A DNA stretch of 43,850 nucleotides from positions 1 through 43,850 of IMG/VR virus record IMGVR_UViG_3300009678_000025, one strand, 5' to 3'. The position numbers and the translations under genes were made by a program. Origin of the DNA: a virus. Its lineage: Duplodnaviria; Caudoviricetes. Positions 35,352-43,850 of the stretch are shown here, in pieces. The notes beneath the pieces are model-generated. The model saw nothing but the letters and a program-made list of their open reading frames with translations. It was not told where the DNA came from and made no database searches. The first letter of the stretch is position 1. Each line of letters opens with the position of its first letter.

Positions 35352-36701
35352 GTGGCAGGTTTAGCTTCACCCGAATTTGTAAGTGCAATGAAGGAATTCT
35401 ATCTTGGCCCACTTAATCAACAAGTGGTCAAGGCCCACGTGTTCTTGGATAGAGCACAGAAATCATCTGAGTATGTTAATGGTGAGTATGCTTATGTGCC
35501 ATTAATTACTGGGCGTAATCCTGGTGTTGGTTCGCGAGCGGATACTGCTGGTGTTGGTCCGTCTTTACCGGATGCTGGTCGTCAGACCTATAATGCAGCT
35601 ACATTTAAGATGACACTGCATTATGCTCGTGGACAGATTTCTGGTCCGGTTATGCGTGCATCAAAGACTAGTGCTGGTGCGTTTGCACAGGCATTAGACG
35701 TTGAGATGCAGGGTATTATGGAGACTGTGCCTGAGGATTTGAATCGTCAGATTTGGTCCTATGGTCATGGTCGTGCTGCTACGTTGTTAACTACGTCTGC
35801 GTCTGGTGTTACTTTCAGTATGGATGCGACCTCTCACTTTAATGTTAAGGTGGGTGATCGTGTACACTTTGCTGATATTGCTGCTGGTACTGGTTGGGCA
35901 CCTGCTACTGGTACGACAGTAGCAGCGATTACTCGTGATTCTGCTGCGGGTGTTCATCAAATTGTATTAACTGCGGCTACTGGTCGTACAGTTACGACTG
36001 CTGCTGATGCACTTTATTTTGGTGCGGGGGCTGCGTCATTAACCGCTGCTGATGTTTCTCGTGCTACTGAAATGTTTGGTATCCCAGCATACGCGGGTAC
36101 TGGAAACGTTGGTGCTGAAGAAACTACAGTAGCCGCCGCTGGTGAGTTTGTTCACGCCAATCTTCAGTTCGGTAATATTGACCGTACGGCTGCGGCTAAT
36201 GCTTCGTGGCGTGCTCAGTGGTTACGTAATCCAGTAACTCCTGGCACTAATCGTGCATTGACTAATACTGTACTGCAGCACGCTTGGCTTACTGCTATCA
36301 CAGTTGGTGGTGCGGATAGTAAGTCGATTGAAATTTTTACTAATCCTGGTCTCTGGATGACTCTTGGTCTGTTGCATATCGGCGATCGTCGATATAGTGA
36401 TTATCAGGATACTCTTGAGGGTGGTTGGGAATTCCTTAAGTATAATGGTTCTAAGGTATTCTACGATCGCGATGCTCCTCGTGATATCATGTGGTTCCTT
36501 AATATGAAGGACGTACTCATTCTTTCTCAGAGTGGGTATGAATTCATGGATGAGGATGGTGCTGTTCTCTTCCGTGTTGCTAACAAGGATGCTTACGAAT
36601 TCACTCTTTACAAGGATATTCAGTTAGGTGCTAAGCGTTGCAGCACTGCCGTCCGGTTAGATGATCTGACGACTGCTGCGAACATTGAAGCCACTATCTA
36701 A
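35352..36701 (+). CDS. Major capsid protein (HK97-fold) with Ala/Thr-rich insertion
   Basis: MKEFYLGPL..LPDAG..DLNRQIW..G, KVFYDRDAP, DAYEFTL; strongly biased codons. Confidence 0.9.
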   Translation: MAGLASPEFVSAMKEFYLGPLNQQVVKAHVFLDRAQKSSEYVNGEYAYVPLITGRNPGVGSRADTAGVGPSLPDAGRQTYNAATFKMTLHYARGQISGPVMRASKTSAGAFAQALDVEMQGIMETVPEDLNRQIWSYGHGRAATLLTTSASGVTFSMDATSHFNVKVGDRVHFADIAAGTGWAPATGTTVAAITRDSAAGVHQIVLTAATGRTVTTAADALYFGAGAASLTAADVSRATEMFGIPAYAGTGNVGAEETTVAAAGEFVHANLQFGNIDRTAAANASWRAQWLRNPVTPGTNRALTNTVLQHAWLTAITVGGADSKSIEIFTNPGLWMTLGLLHIGDRRYSDYQDTLEGGWEFLKYNGSKVFYDRDAPRDIMWFLNMKDVLILSQSGYEFMDEDGAVLFRVANKDAYEFTLYKDIQLGAKRCSTAVRLDDLTTAANIEATI

Positions 36702-36712
36702 AGGAGGTTTCA

Positions 36713-37345
36713 ATGATTTCTGATAGAAATGTCGGTTGGATACGTAAACGAGAGTATTATACATACTACGATTTACGTTCATTAATTACTCGTGCTGAAA
36801 CTGGTACACTTACAGAAGGTCAAATTTTAGCGAATCCTGTTGATACTTCTTTAGCTATGCTAGAGATTAGTACATTAGGATTAGTTGGTATTACTTTTAC
36901 GGCTGCTGGTAAGTTACTCCAAGGTATTATGAAATTACCTACAGACCTTGATCCAGGGTACCCTGTAGGTTTTCGTGTAAATTGGTCTAATACTGGTGCT
37001 GCTGCTGCTGGTCGTGGTGTAACTTGGTTACTTCTTGCTGATGCTATTAAAAAGGGTGCAGTCTTTGCGGCTGCTACAACTGCTCTCAATACAGTGATTG
37101 CTGAATCATTAGTTACAATTGCTAATGGTAATGAATGGTCTCCTCGTGGTATCAAAAATAATTTGGGTGTTACTCGTGGTGATATTGAAGATGGTGTTAA
37201 TTTAAGTATTGTATTAGAAGCGGATGTTGTTGATGCTTCTGTTGCTGGTGTGAATTTCTTAGGTATTGAATTAGACTATGCTGTCTGTGCTTGCGTTGGT
37301 AGTGGTAATGAGATTGACAACCCTCTTTCAGCAAGTGGTTTATGA
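36713..37345 (+). CDS. Putative capsid decoration/spike protein, paralog 1 of 4
   Basis: MISDRNVGWIRKR...GIELDY; AAGGAGG RBS after capsid. Confidence 0.65.
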   Translation: MISDRNVGWIRKREYYTYYDLRSLITRAETGTLTEGQILANPVDTSLAMLEISTLGLVGITFTAAGKLLQGIMKLPTDLDPGYPVGFRVNWSNTGAAAAGRGVTWLLLADAIKKGAVFAAATTALNTVIAESLVTIANGNEWSPRGIKNNLGVTRGDIEDGVNLSIVLEADVVDASVAGVNFLGIELDYAVCACVGSGNEIDNPLSASGL

Positions 37346-38025
37346 TAACAGACCACAATATAGCATGGTTTAGGAAACGGTTGTATCTTAATTGGTTTGA
37401 TCTCCATGCTTTCATTATTGCTGAAATAGATGAAGCTGGTGCTGCTAACTTTGCTCAGGGTGAATTGATGCAAACAATCCGCCCTGATATTGATGGTGGT
37501 ACAATTGAAGACCCTACTAGTTATATTACTGCCGTAGGTGCTGGTGCTGAAGGAGAAGGTTTAGCATTTAATTTAGTATTGAATGGAGCAGTATCTAGAT
37601 TTTTAGACGGTAGTATTCCAGTACCATATGATCTTAACCCTAATTTTCCTATTGGTGTAAGAATCAATCATATACTTCCAAATTTTCCTGCTACGATTAC
37701 TTATCAATTTAATTATACTTTTGTAAAACGAAATGTTGTTGTTGGTACTGATACACCAAGTGCAGCAAGACGATTGAATTTTACTGCTCAAGATAATGTA
37801 TTAAATAATATGGATAATTCATGGACGAATCGATTAACATTTGATCCTCGTCCTTTTATTAATCGTGCTGATGTTGAGAATCGAGCACAATTAATGATTC
37901 AATTAGTTGTTACTGGTACTGTCGGGCAGTATTTCCAAGGTCTTGAATTAGATTATGTTCCTCAACGATGTGTGGGACAAGGTTCGGATATTGATTGTCC
38001 GGTAACAACATTGGGGAGGAATTAA
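37342..38025 (+). CDS. Putative structural protein, paralog 2 of 4
   Basis: MITDHNIAWFRKR...GLELDY. Confidence 0.65.
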   Translation: MITDHNIAWFRKRLYLNWFDLHAFIIAEIDEAGAANFAQGELMQTIRPDIDGGTIEDPTSYITAVGAGAEGEGLAFNLVLNGAVSRFLDGSIPVPYDLNPNFPIGVRINHILPNFPATITYQFNYTFVKRNVVVGTDTPSAARRLNFTAQDNVLNNMDNSWTNRLTFDPRPFINRADVENRAQLMIQLVVTGTVGQYFQGLELDYVPQRCVGQGSDIDCPVTTLGRN

Positions 38026-38026
38026 A

Positions 38027-38674
38027 ATGAATGATCGTAATTTTGGTTGGATACGTAAGCATAGATACTGGAATTATTTAACACTTCATGGTCTTGGTCC
38101 TGGTATTACTATTAATGAAGGTGGTGCTGAAGCATATAATCGTGGTGAATTACTTATGGGATCGGATTATTCTGACCCATTTGTACCTAATGTTTATCTT
38201 CGTAATTTACAAGCTACACGTTCTTTTGCAACTGGCTTAGAACTTTTTGGTAGTAATCGTTTTCGCCTCGGCCCTATTTATGATATTGATTATACTAAAC
38301 CTGTTGGGTTATCTTTTTCTTGGGTCCAGAATGCAGTAACAACTCAAGGTGTTGTTTGGACGATTGTTGCTCAGTATATACCAGTAAATTCAATTATTAT
38401 TGGTGGAGAAGTCCCACTTTTTAGCGGTAATTTACCTAAAAGTTTTGCTAATGGTGCTGCTTATGAGAATCTTTGGACACCACGTTTAGAAATAAAAGGT
38501 TTTATACCAAGTAAAGACCTTTTAGAAGGTACTTTTTTGGATATTCAACCTTTATTAGTACCAGATGGTGGTATTACTAACCCTTTACTACGTGGTATTG
38601 AATTTGATTATGTACCTAGACGTTGCAGTGGTGACCAGTGTGAGGTCAATTTACTAAGGACCTCTGAGGTATGA
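38027..38674 (+). CDS. Putative structural protein, paralog 3 of 4
   Basis: MNDRNFGWIRKH...GIEFDY. Confidence 0.65.
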   Translation: MNDRNFGWIRKHRYWNYLTLHGLGPGITINEGGAEAYNRGELLMGSDYSDPFVPNVYLRNLQATRSFATGLELFGSNRFRLGPIYDIDYTKPVGLSFSWVQNAVTTQGVVWTIVAQYIPVNSIIIGGEVPLFSGNLPKSFANGAAYENLWTPRLEIKGFIPSKDLLEGTFLDIQPLLVPDGGITNPLLRGIEFDYVPRRCSGDQCEVNLLRTSEV

Positions 38675-39354
38675 TATGCGATAGTGAAATTCAATGGCGA
38701 CGTAAACGTAAATACCACCAATGGTATGAACTTAATGGATTAGTAACTGCACCTTTTAATGAGGCAGGTGCAGCAATCTTTGCTAATGGTGCTTTATTAC
38801 AGTCTTCAGTATTGGCTGGTGGCGATACAATTACATCACCGTCCGTTCGTATGAGTTCACTTGTAGCTTCTGTATGGAATTTACAATTCAAAGATGCTGG
38901 TAAAAAATTCTATGGACGGATTCCTTTACCCTATAATATTGACCCACAATTTAATATTAGCTTAAGAGTTAATTGGTCAATGGAAGGTACCACTGCTGGT
39001 ACTTTACTTTGGAGTATATATCAAGCCCCTATTATAAAAAGTGAAAGTTATCTTTCAATAGCTGGATTAGAAATTGCTGGTAATTTGAAAACAATGACCA
39101 GTGCTCATAGTGGTAATTTATCAACAGATATTAATATGTGGTCTACATATAATAACTTTAGGTTACGTTTAAGTAATAATGGTAGATTGCTTAATAGAGA
39201 TGATATTGAAAATGGTGCTAGCTTACAATTTTCTATTAGTCCTACAGATCAATCAGGTACAACTGGTGTAATTGTTTTATTAGGTTTAGAACTTAGTTAT
39301 ACTCCTATATACACAGTTGGTATGGGTATGCAACAAGAGGCATTGCTAGTATGA
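38671..39354 (+). CDS. Putative structural protein, paralog 4 of 4
   Basis: MICDSEIQWRRKR...GLELSY. Confidence 0.65.
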   Translation: MICDSEIQWRRKRKYHQWYELNGLVTAPFNEAGAAIFANGALLQSSVLAGGDTITSPSVRMSSLVASVWNLQFKDAGKKFYGRIPLPYNIDPQFNISLRVNWSMEGTTAGTLLWSIYQAPIIKSESYLSIAGLEIAGNLKTMTSAHSGNLSTDINMWSTYNNFRLRLSNNGRLLNRDDIENGASLQFSISPTDQSGTTGVIVLLGLELSYTPIYTVGMGMQQEALLV

Positions 39355-39845
39355 TTATAACTGAATTTAAGTATGGACAACGTAATGAATTCAGGTTAAT
39401 CACTAGCAATTATCCTGATGAGGTACGAACTGCACTAGCAGAATTTGATAAGACTTTATTACTGCTTTGGAATTTAGATGATAATCAGTGGGAAGTATAC
39501 AGGATTAAGTCTCGTGGTGGTGTGTCTGCTGATGATGTGATTCATTGGCAATTAAGTTATCCTCATGCTATCACGTTGGATTTAATTAACTATCTCAAGA
39601 AGAAGGATACTAATCCTAGTGGTTATTTAGATACTAAAGAGATGTTTAAGAAATGGTTTAATCTCATAAAAAAGAATACTGATCTACGTTTGTATAGACA
39701 AGCAACTATCCGTGAAGCTATTATTAATAATGCTCAGTGGTATACTAGACGATTAGGGGCTTGTACGGATCAGATTGCTGTTCCTGTCACTGTTGGTTAC
39801 AATAAGAAAACAGGAAAAAAAATAATGGCGGTAAAAAATGTATAG
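39351..39845 (+). CDS. Hypothetical protein, 164 aa
   Basis: ATGA-coupled; LAEFDKTL.L.WN...QWEVY. Confidence 0.65.
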   Translation: MIITEFKYGQRNEFRLITSNYPDEVRTALAEFDKTLLLLWNLDDNQWEVYRIKSRGGVSADDVIHWQLSYPHAITLDLINYLKKKDTNPSGYLDTKEMFKKWFNLIKKNTDLRLYRQATIREAIINNAQWYTRRLGACTDQIAVPVTVGYNKKTGKKIMAVKNV

Positions 39846-40368
39846 TTTATTCAAACCGCAAGGTGGCTTGAGAGTAGACAACCGAACGGGTGCTGGTATA
39901 CAAAACAGCCCCATTGGTGAATTAGATGATAAGTGGATTTTGCTTAGAGCTAGTGCTCTTTTTAATACTACACCTGGAACAGACGTTGCACTAGCTTTTG
40001 CTGCTGTAGATAATGAATTAACACCAGGTCAATTAGATGTTTCTGGTTGTACTGGTATTACTTTTATTGTTAGCATAACGGGAATGACAACTGGACCGTT
40101 GTCAATAATTCCTAAATTTACTGATTTGAATTCTGGAATTAATGCTGAGTTATCTGTACCTGTCGGTGCGGCTGTTGTTGGAATTATAAAACCAGCAGAT
40201 TATCGTAATTACAGACCTCGTTTTACTGCTGCTGGTGTATATATTTTTAATTTACCAGTTCCAGCATGTAAGTATATGAAGATATTTCTTAATGTAGCTG
40301 CTGGTGATGCAACATTTAGTTTGTATGTAGCACGTGGTTGGCAAAATTATAATCTTAACCTAATTTAA
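39838..40368 (+). CDS. Putative virion protein, beta-rich, 176 aa
   Basis: Late operon, jelly-roll-like composition. Confidence 0.55.
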   Translation: MYSLFKPQGGLRVDNRTGAGIQNSPIGELDDKWILLRASALFNTTPGTDVALAFAAVDNELTPGQLDVSGCTGITFIVSITGMTTGPLSIIPKFTDLNSGINAELSVPVGAAVVGIIKPADYRNYRPRFTAAGVYIFNLPVPACKYMKIFLNVAAGDATFSLYVARGWQNYNLNLI

Positions 40369-40961
40369 TGCAAACTATTCTGCCAGTTTATCCGGTTATG
40401 CCACCAATAGACAATCATTGGATTGTACCTTATGGTAATAGCTCAGCTACTACATCACTATCTGGTGGTGGTAATCATATAAATCATTTACCGTTGTATA
40501 TTGCGTCTCCTTGTCAGTTAGTAGAAATTGGTTGCCGAACTACTGTTGCTGCCGTTAGTGCTCAATCAATTGTAGTTGGTCTATACAAAGTAAGTCAGAA
40601 TAGCAATTATCTACCTTTAATCTTACTTACACCTAATGATAAAGTAATTTCTTTACAAGGGGCAACTGGCTATAAATCTGTTGCTATTACTGCTGACCTT
40701 GATACTGGATGGTACTGGTTATCATATGGACAAGAATTAGCTGTTACAGGAGCAACTGTAATACGTATACCAGCAATACCCCAAGGTTATCTCCTACCTT
40801 ATGATGTTAATATTGCTGCTTCAGCAACAACTGGTTTACAAACAACTGGGTATACTTATGATGGCATACTTCCAGATATTACTGATCCAATAGCAATGCC
40901 AACAGTTATGTTAACAACATTTGGAATTATTCGCATGATGGCAAAGGTAAGAGTACGATGA
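40368..40961 (+). CDS. Putative virion/receptor-binding domain protein, 197 aa
   Basis: IVVGLY...LDTGWYWL beta-sandwich motif. Confidence 0.55.
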   Translation: MQTILPVYPVMPPIDNHWIVPYGNSSATTSLSGGGNHINHLPLYIASPCQLVEIGCRTTVAAVSAQSIVVGLYKVSQNSNYLPLILLTPNDKVISLQGATGYKSVAITADLDTGWYWLSYGQELAVTGATVIRIPAIPQGYLLPYDVNIAASATTGLQTTGYTYDGILPDITDPIAMPTVMLTTFGIIRMMAKVRVR

Positions 40962-41563
40962 ATTTAGGTGAATTAAGAACGCTCTTACAGCTTAATCTCA
41001 GTGATCCTAATGGGGATATCTTTAATACTGAGAGATGCCGTATTCTACTTAATGCTGCGTACAGACATTGTTATAATAAAATACTTTCCGATGGCGAGTC
41101 TTTTGTTAAAGAAGATCAGGATATAATCTTTACTGCTAATATACAAGAGACTGTTTTCACTAGTAGTGTGCAGAGAATCTTTGTTGTGCGTGATAGTGAC
41201 GGTTGTATTATACCATTACGTGATGAAATAAATGCAATATCTTCTTTAATACCTTGTGTATATAGAAAAAATCAATCACTAGGTTGGTTTACTCTACCAC
41301 TATCTACATTCACAGTGACAGTGACAAGTGCTCCACCTGTTAGTCAGTTCTCTTCAACTGCAAATGATAATACTGAGATCAATGATATCCCTGCTGAATA
41401 TCAGGATATCGTTATTACATGGGCTACACGTCTAGCTTTGGGTAAAGACGAACAGTCTGTTAATTACTGGCAAGATACTTTTGATCAGCAATTTATGGCT
41501 ATGATGAGTCAGTTAAAACCACACTTAGCTGTGGGGCATACAGTCGCTGATGTCGATTATTAA
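40958..41563 (+). CDS. Head-tail adaptor (tail tubular A-like)
   Basis: MNLGELRT..LLNAA..IPAEYQDIVITWA pattern and synteny. Confidence 0.8.
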   Translation: MNLGELRTLLQLNLSDPNGDIFNTERCRILLNAAYRHCYNKILSDGESFVKEDQDIIFTANIQETVFTSSVQRIFVVRDSDGCIIPLRDEINAISSLIPCVYRKNQSLGWFTLPLSTFTVTVTSAPPVSQFSSTANDNTEINDIPAEYQDIVITWATRLALGKDEQSVNYWQDTFDQQFMAMMSQLKPHLAVGHTVADVDY

Positions 41564-43706
41564 AGTAAACAGATTCAAGGGTTATAGCTCGCAACGCGAA
41601 TCACTAATGCGTGATCCTGCGAAGCTAGCTCGTTGTGAAAATTTAATTATACATAAAGGATATCTTCGTAATTTACCTTATCCTAAAGATATTGTTGAGT
41701 CTTCTTTTTTATATAAAATTCAGTTAGTCAATTTCGAAAACTTTGTCTATGTATTACGTTATGTTAGAAATTTTATAACTGGTGAAGGAGGATTTTTTGT
41801 ATTACAACCAGATCATGTAGTTGTTGGTTTTACGTATGGTTCACCTGATATCCGTACTATCTTTAGAGGACAGGCTGGTTTTACTTTTGGACAATTACAA
41901 TCTTCTCCGTATGAACCAATACATGCTAATATAGTACAGTTTGGTAATTTTGTTTATATACTTAATATCTCAGCATTACCTGAAACATCACCACTACCAT
42001 CTAGTAATGAGTTCTATCAATCGTATCCACGAATGGCAAAACTGAGAGTATTATCTCAGGATTCTTTACCACAAGAGAATATCTTTTTTGCAGGATTACA
42101 TAGACCAGAACGTATAGAAAGTTCTGGCACTAGTGGCGGTGGATCAATTGTTGCTGGTACGTATGGTTTTGCTTTTAGTTTCAAGCATAAACTTATTGGG
42201 ATATTTAGCGGTGTTCAGTACGATGTTATTTCAGAAGGTGACAGAGTAGAAAGTAATGCAACACGTGACTTAGAAGATGATACTCATACATTTGGTGGAG
42301 GCAATGGTACAATTGTTTATCGTTTGTATTTGCCTTTTGGTTATACAAATTTTGAGCCTGGGGTTGGTTATATTGTTCTGTATGTTAGGACAGTGGATCA
42401 GGCATTCTACTATCAAGTTGAAGAGATAGATATCACTAACCGGACTAAAGTAACTGCACCAGTAACGGATGTCAATGGTCGGGTTTATGTTGATATTACA
42501 TTATCAACACCACTAACTCAAGACACAAATATTGTTGCTGAGTTTGATAAGCGACTTACACCAAATGCTTCAGCACACGCGATCTTATTTAAAAATAGAG
42601 CATACTGGTGTAATGCTAAATTTGGTAAATCAATACAATTTTGGTCACCTGCACAACTACAATATAGTCAGTTAGTTTTAGCGGATGGCCGCGAAGCTAA
42701 TTATATTGAAGGAGCATTGCTTGTAGGGAAACAGGAAGAAGGTTTTACTGGGGTTATTGAGTTTCAAAGACAATTAGTATTATTTAAGGAAAGTGAAACT
42801 CACGTATTATCAGATGATGCAACACTAATTGGTCCAACAATATTATTTGAAGATTTAGGTAGTGTTAATCTTCATCATGGTAAAGCCCAAATAGTTATTG
42901 AAGGTAAACTCTATTTTGGTTGCAAGAACAAGATTGGTATCTATAGATTTGATGGACAAACTGATCCATTATTAGTATCAAGAGATATCGAAGAGGACTT
43001 AGAGAACTTAGATAGTGAAACTTTTAGTACTATGACCTTTTATCATGATCCACAAATAGAAGTTCTCTATGTGGTTTGTGGTGAAAAAACAAATACTAAT
43101 TTAAAGACTCATGTTTTCATTTATCATTATAATGAGATACAGGAAGATGGCGTTGGTGTCTGGACTAAGTATAATCCTAGTCGTTTTATAGATACTACGA
43201 ATCAGGATAGACAAGACTATAGACATTTTTTCCAGTCTATGCTTGGTTTGGATGGCCTTACTTACCAGACACAATTAAAAGATGATGGTCTGAATAGTGA
43301 TATGTACGTCATTGATCCACGATCAGATGATATCCATATTAATTTTGTGGGTTATGACTGGCTAATAGAAACAATCGTTTTTGATTTAAATGATGTTCTT
43401 CGAGAGAAGTATTGGAAACTAATAAAGCTAGAATCCTCCTATTTTCTTAGACCTGCGAAGTATAATATGGATAGTAATAGTAGACCTCTACAGATTATTT
43501 CAGAAAACTTAGAGACTAGTTCAGTAACTAAGATTATGACTATTACTGGTACAGTTGCTCTAGAGAGAATACTTAAACAATGTAGTATTCGTATACGACC
43601 TAATAGAGCAAGTGACCCACAACGTATTGTGGTTCAGCCAGTTATACGCAGGCCATTCAAAATAAATGGAATGTTGTTGGATGTATATCCACGAGGTAGA
43701 CGCTAA
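41550..43706 (+). CDS. Tail nozzle / tail tubular B-like protein
   Basis: 718 aa, ARCENL, beta-propeller-like repeats (FKNRAYW, QLVLFKE, GIYRFDG); follows adaptor. Confidence 0.75.
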   Translation: MSIIKVNRFKGYSSQRESLMRDPAKLARCENLIIHKGYLRNLPYPKDIVESSFLYKIQLVNFENFVYVLRYVRNFITGEGGFFVLQPDHVVVGFTYGSPDIRTIFRGQAGFTFGQLQSSPYEPIHANIVQFGNFVYILNISALPETSPLPSSNEFYQSYPRMAKLRVLSQDSLPQENIFFAGLHRPERIESSGTSGGGSIVAGTYGFAFSFKHKLIGIFSGVQYDVISEGDRVESNATRDLEDDTHTFGGGNGTIVYRLYLPFGYTNFEPGVGYIVLYVRTVDQAFYYQVEEIDITNRTKVTAPVTDVNGRVYVDITLSTPLTQDTNIVAEFDKRLTPNASAHAILFKNRAYWCNAKFGKSIQFWSPAQLQYSQLVLADGREANYIEGALLVGKQEEGFTGVIEFQRQLVLFKESETHVLSDDATLIGPTILFEDLGSVNLHHGKAQIVIEGKLYFGCKNKIGIYRFDGQTDPLLVSRDIEEDLENLDSETFSTMTFYHDPQIEVLYVVCGEKTNTNLKTHVFIYHYNEIQEDGVGVWTKYNPSRFIDTTNQDRQDYRHFFQSMLGLDGLTYQTQLKDDGLNSDMYVIDPRSDDIHINFVGYDWLIETIVFDLNDVLREKYWKLIKLESSYFLRPAKYNMDSNSRPLQIISENLETSSVTKIMTITGTVALERILKQCSIRIRPNRASDPQRIVVQPVIRRPFKINGMLLDVYPRGRR

Positions 43707-43850
43707 TGGCAATGACAACTGAACTTGATGGTAAGATAGTTGTCTCAGAAGCAGGAGTCGGTGGGACACAACAGGCAGTAAATCTAACTTCTGGTTCTAT
43801 TACTCATGAAACTAAGGGCAGAAGATTCTTAGCGTCTAGTGCTGTACCTG
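43706..43850 (+). CDS. 5' part of junction-spanning 129-aa virion protein
   Basis: ATG GCA ATG ACA ACT...; open through the terminal repeat into 124-368. Confidence 0.8.
   Translation, partial: MAMTTELDGKIVVSEAGVGGTQQAVNLTSGSITHETKGRRFLASSAVP
43728..43850. repeat. Terminal direct repeat, copy 2
   Basis: Identical to 1-123. Confidence 0.97.

Overview
The window is an apparently complete ~43.7 kb circular phage contig: bases 1-123 are identical to 43728-43850, and one gene runs in frame across the junction. It is AT-rich by eye (not computed) and has two arms. The rightward late arm (27743 across the junction to 8008) carries terminase, a GT2-like glycosyltransferase, P22-like portal, scaffold, major capsid, several paralogous small structural proteins, adaptor, nozzle, ejection-type proteins and two holin-like proteins, i.e. 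a podovirus-like layout. The leftward arm (26592 to 8012) carries a ParB-like protein, DNA methyltransferase, tRNA-Leu(UAA), a DnaA C-terminal-like HTH, SNF2-like helicase, family A DNA polymerase, VRR-NUC, a Cas4-like nuclease, primase-helicase and two XRE regulators. I recognise no integrase, endolysin or long tail fibre. The most unusual parts are: (1) 21.1-22.5 kb, three Gly-Tyr hexamer-repeat ORFs with a shared leader, linked to a small Sm/SH3-like gene by a perfect -1 slippery site and written in G-quadruplex-forming GGG codons, with a tRNA-like element among them; (2) 25.9-27.0 kb, a densely base-paired region with an orphan ORF inside the loop of a 23-bp stem, downstream of a sigma54-like site; (3) five 12-bp iterons; (4) a RebB (R-body)-like first late gene; (5) an Acb2/Tad1-like domain fused to a tandem repeat. 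All family calls come from motif recognition, not database searches.
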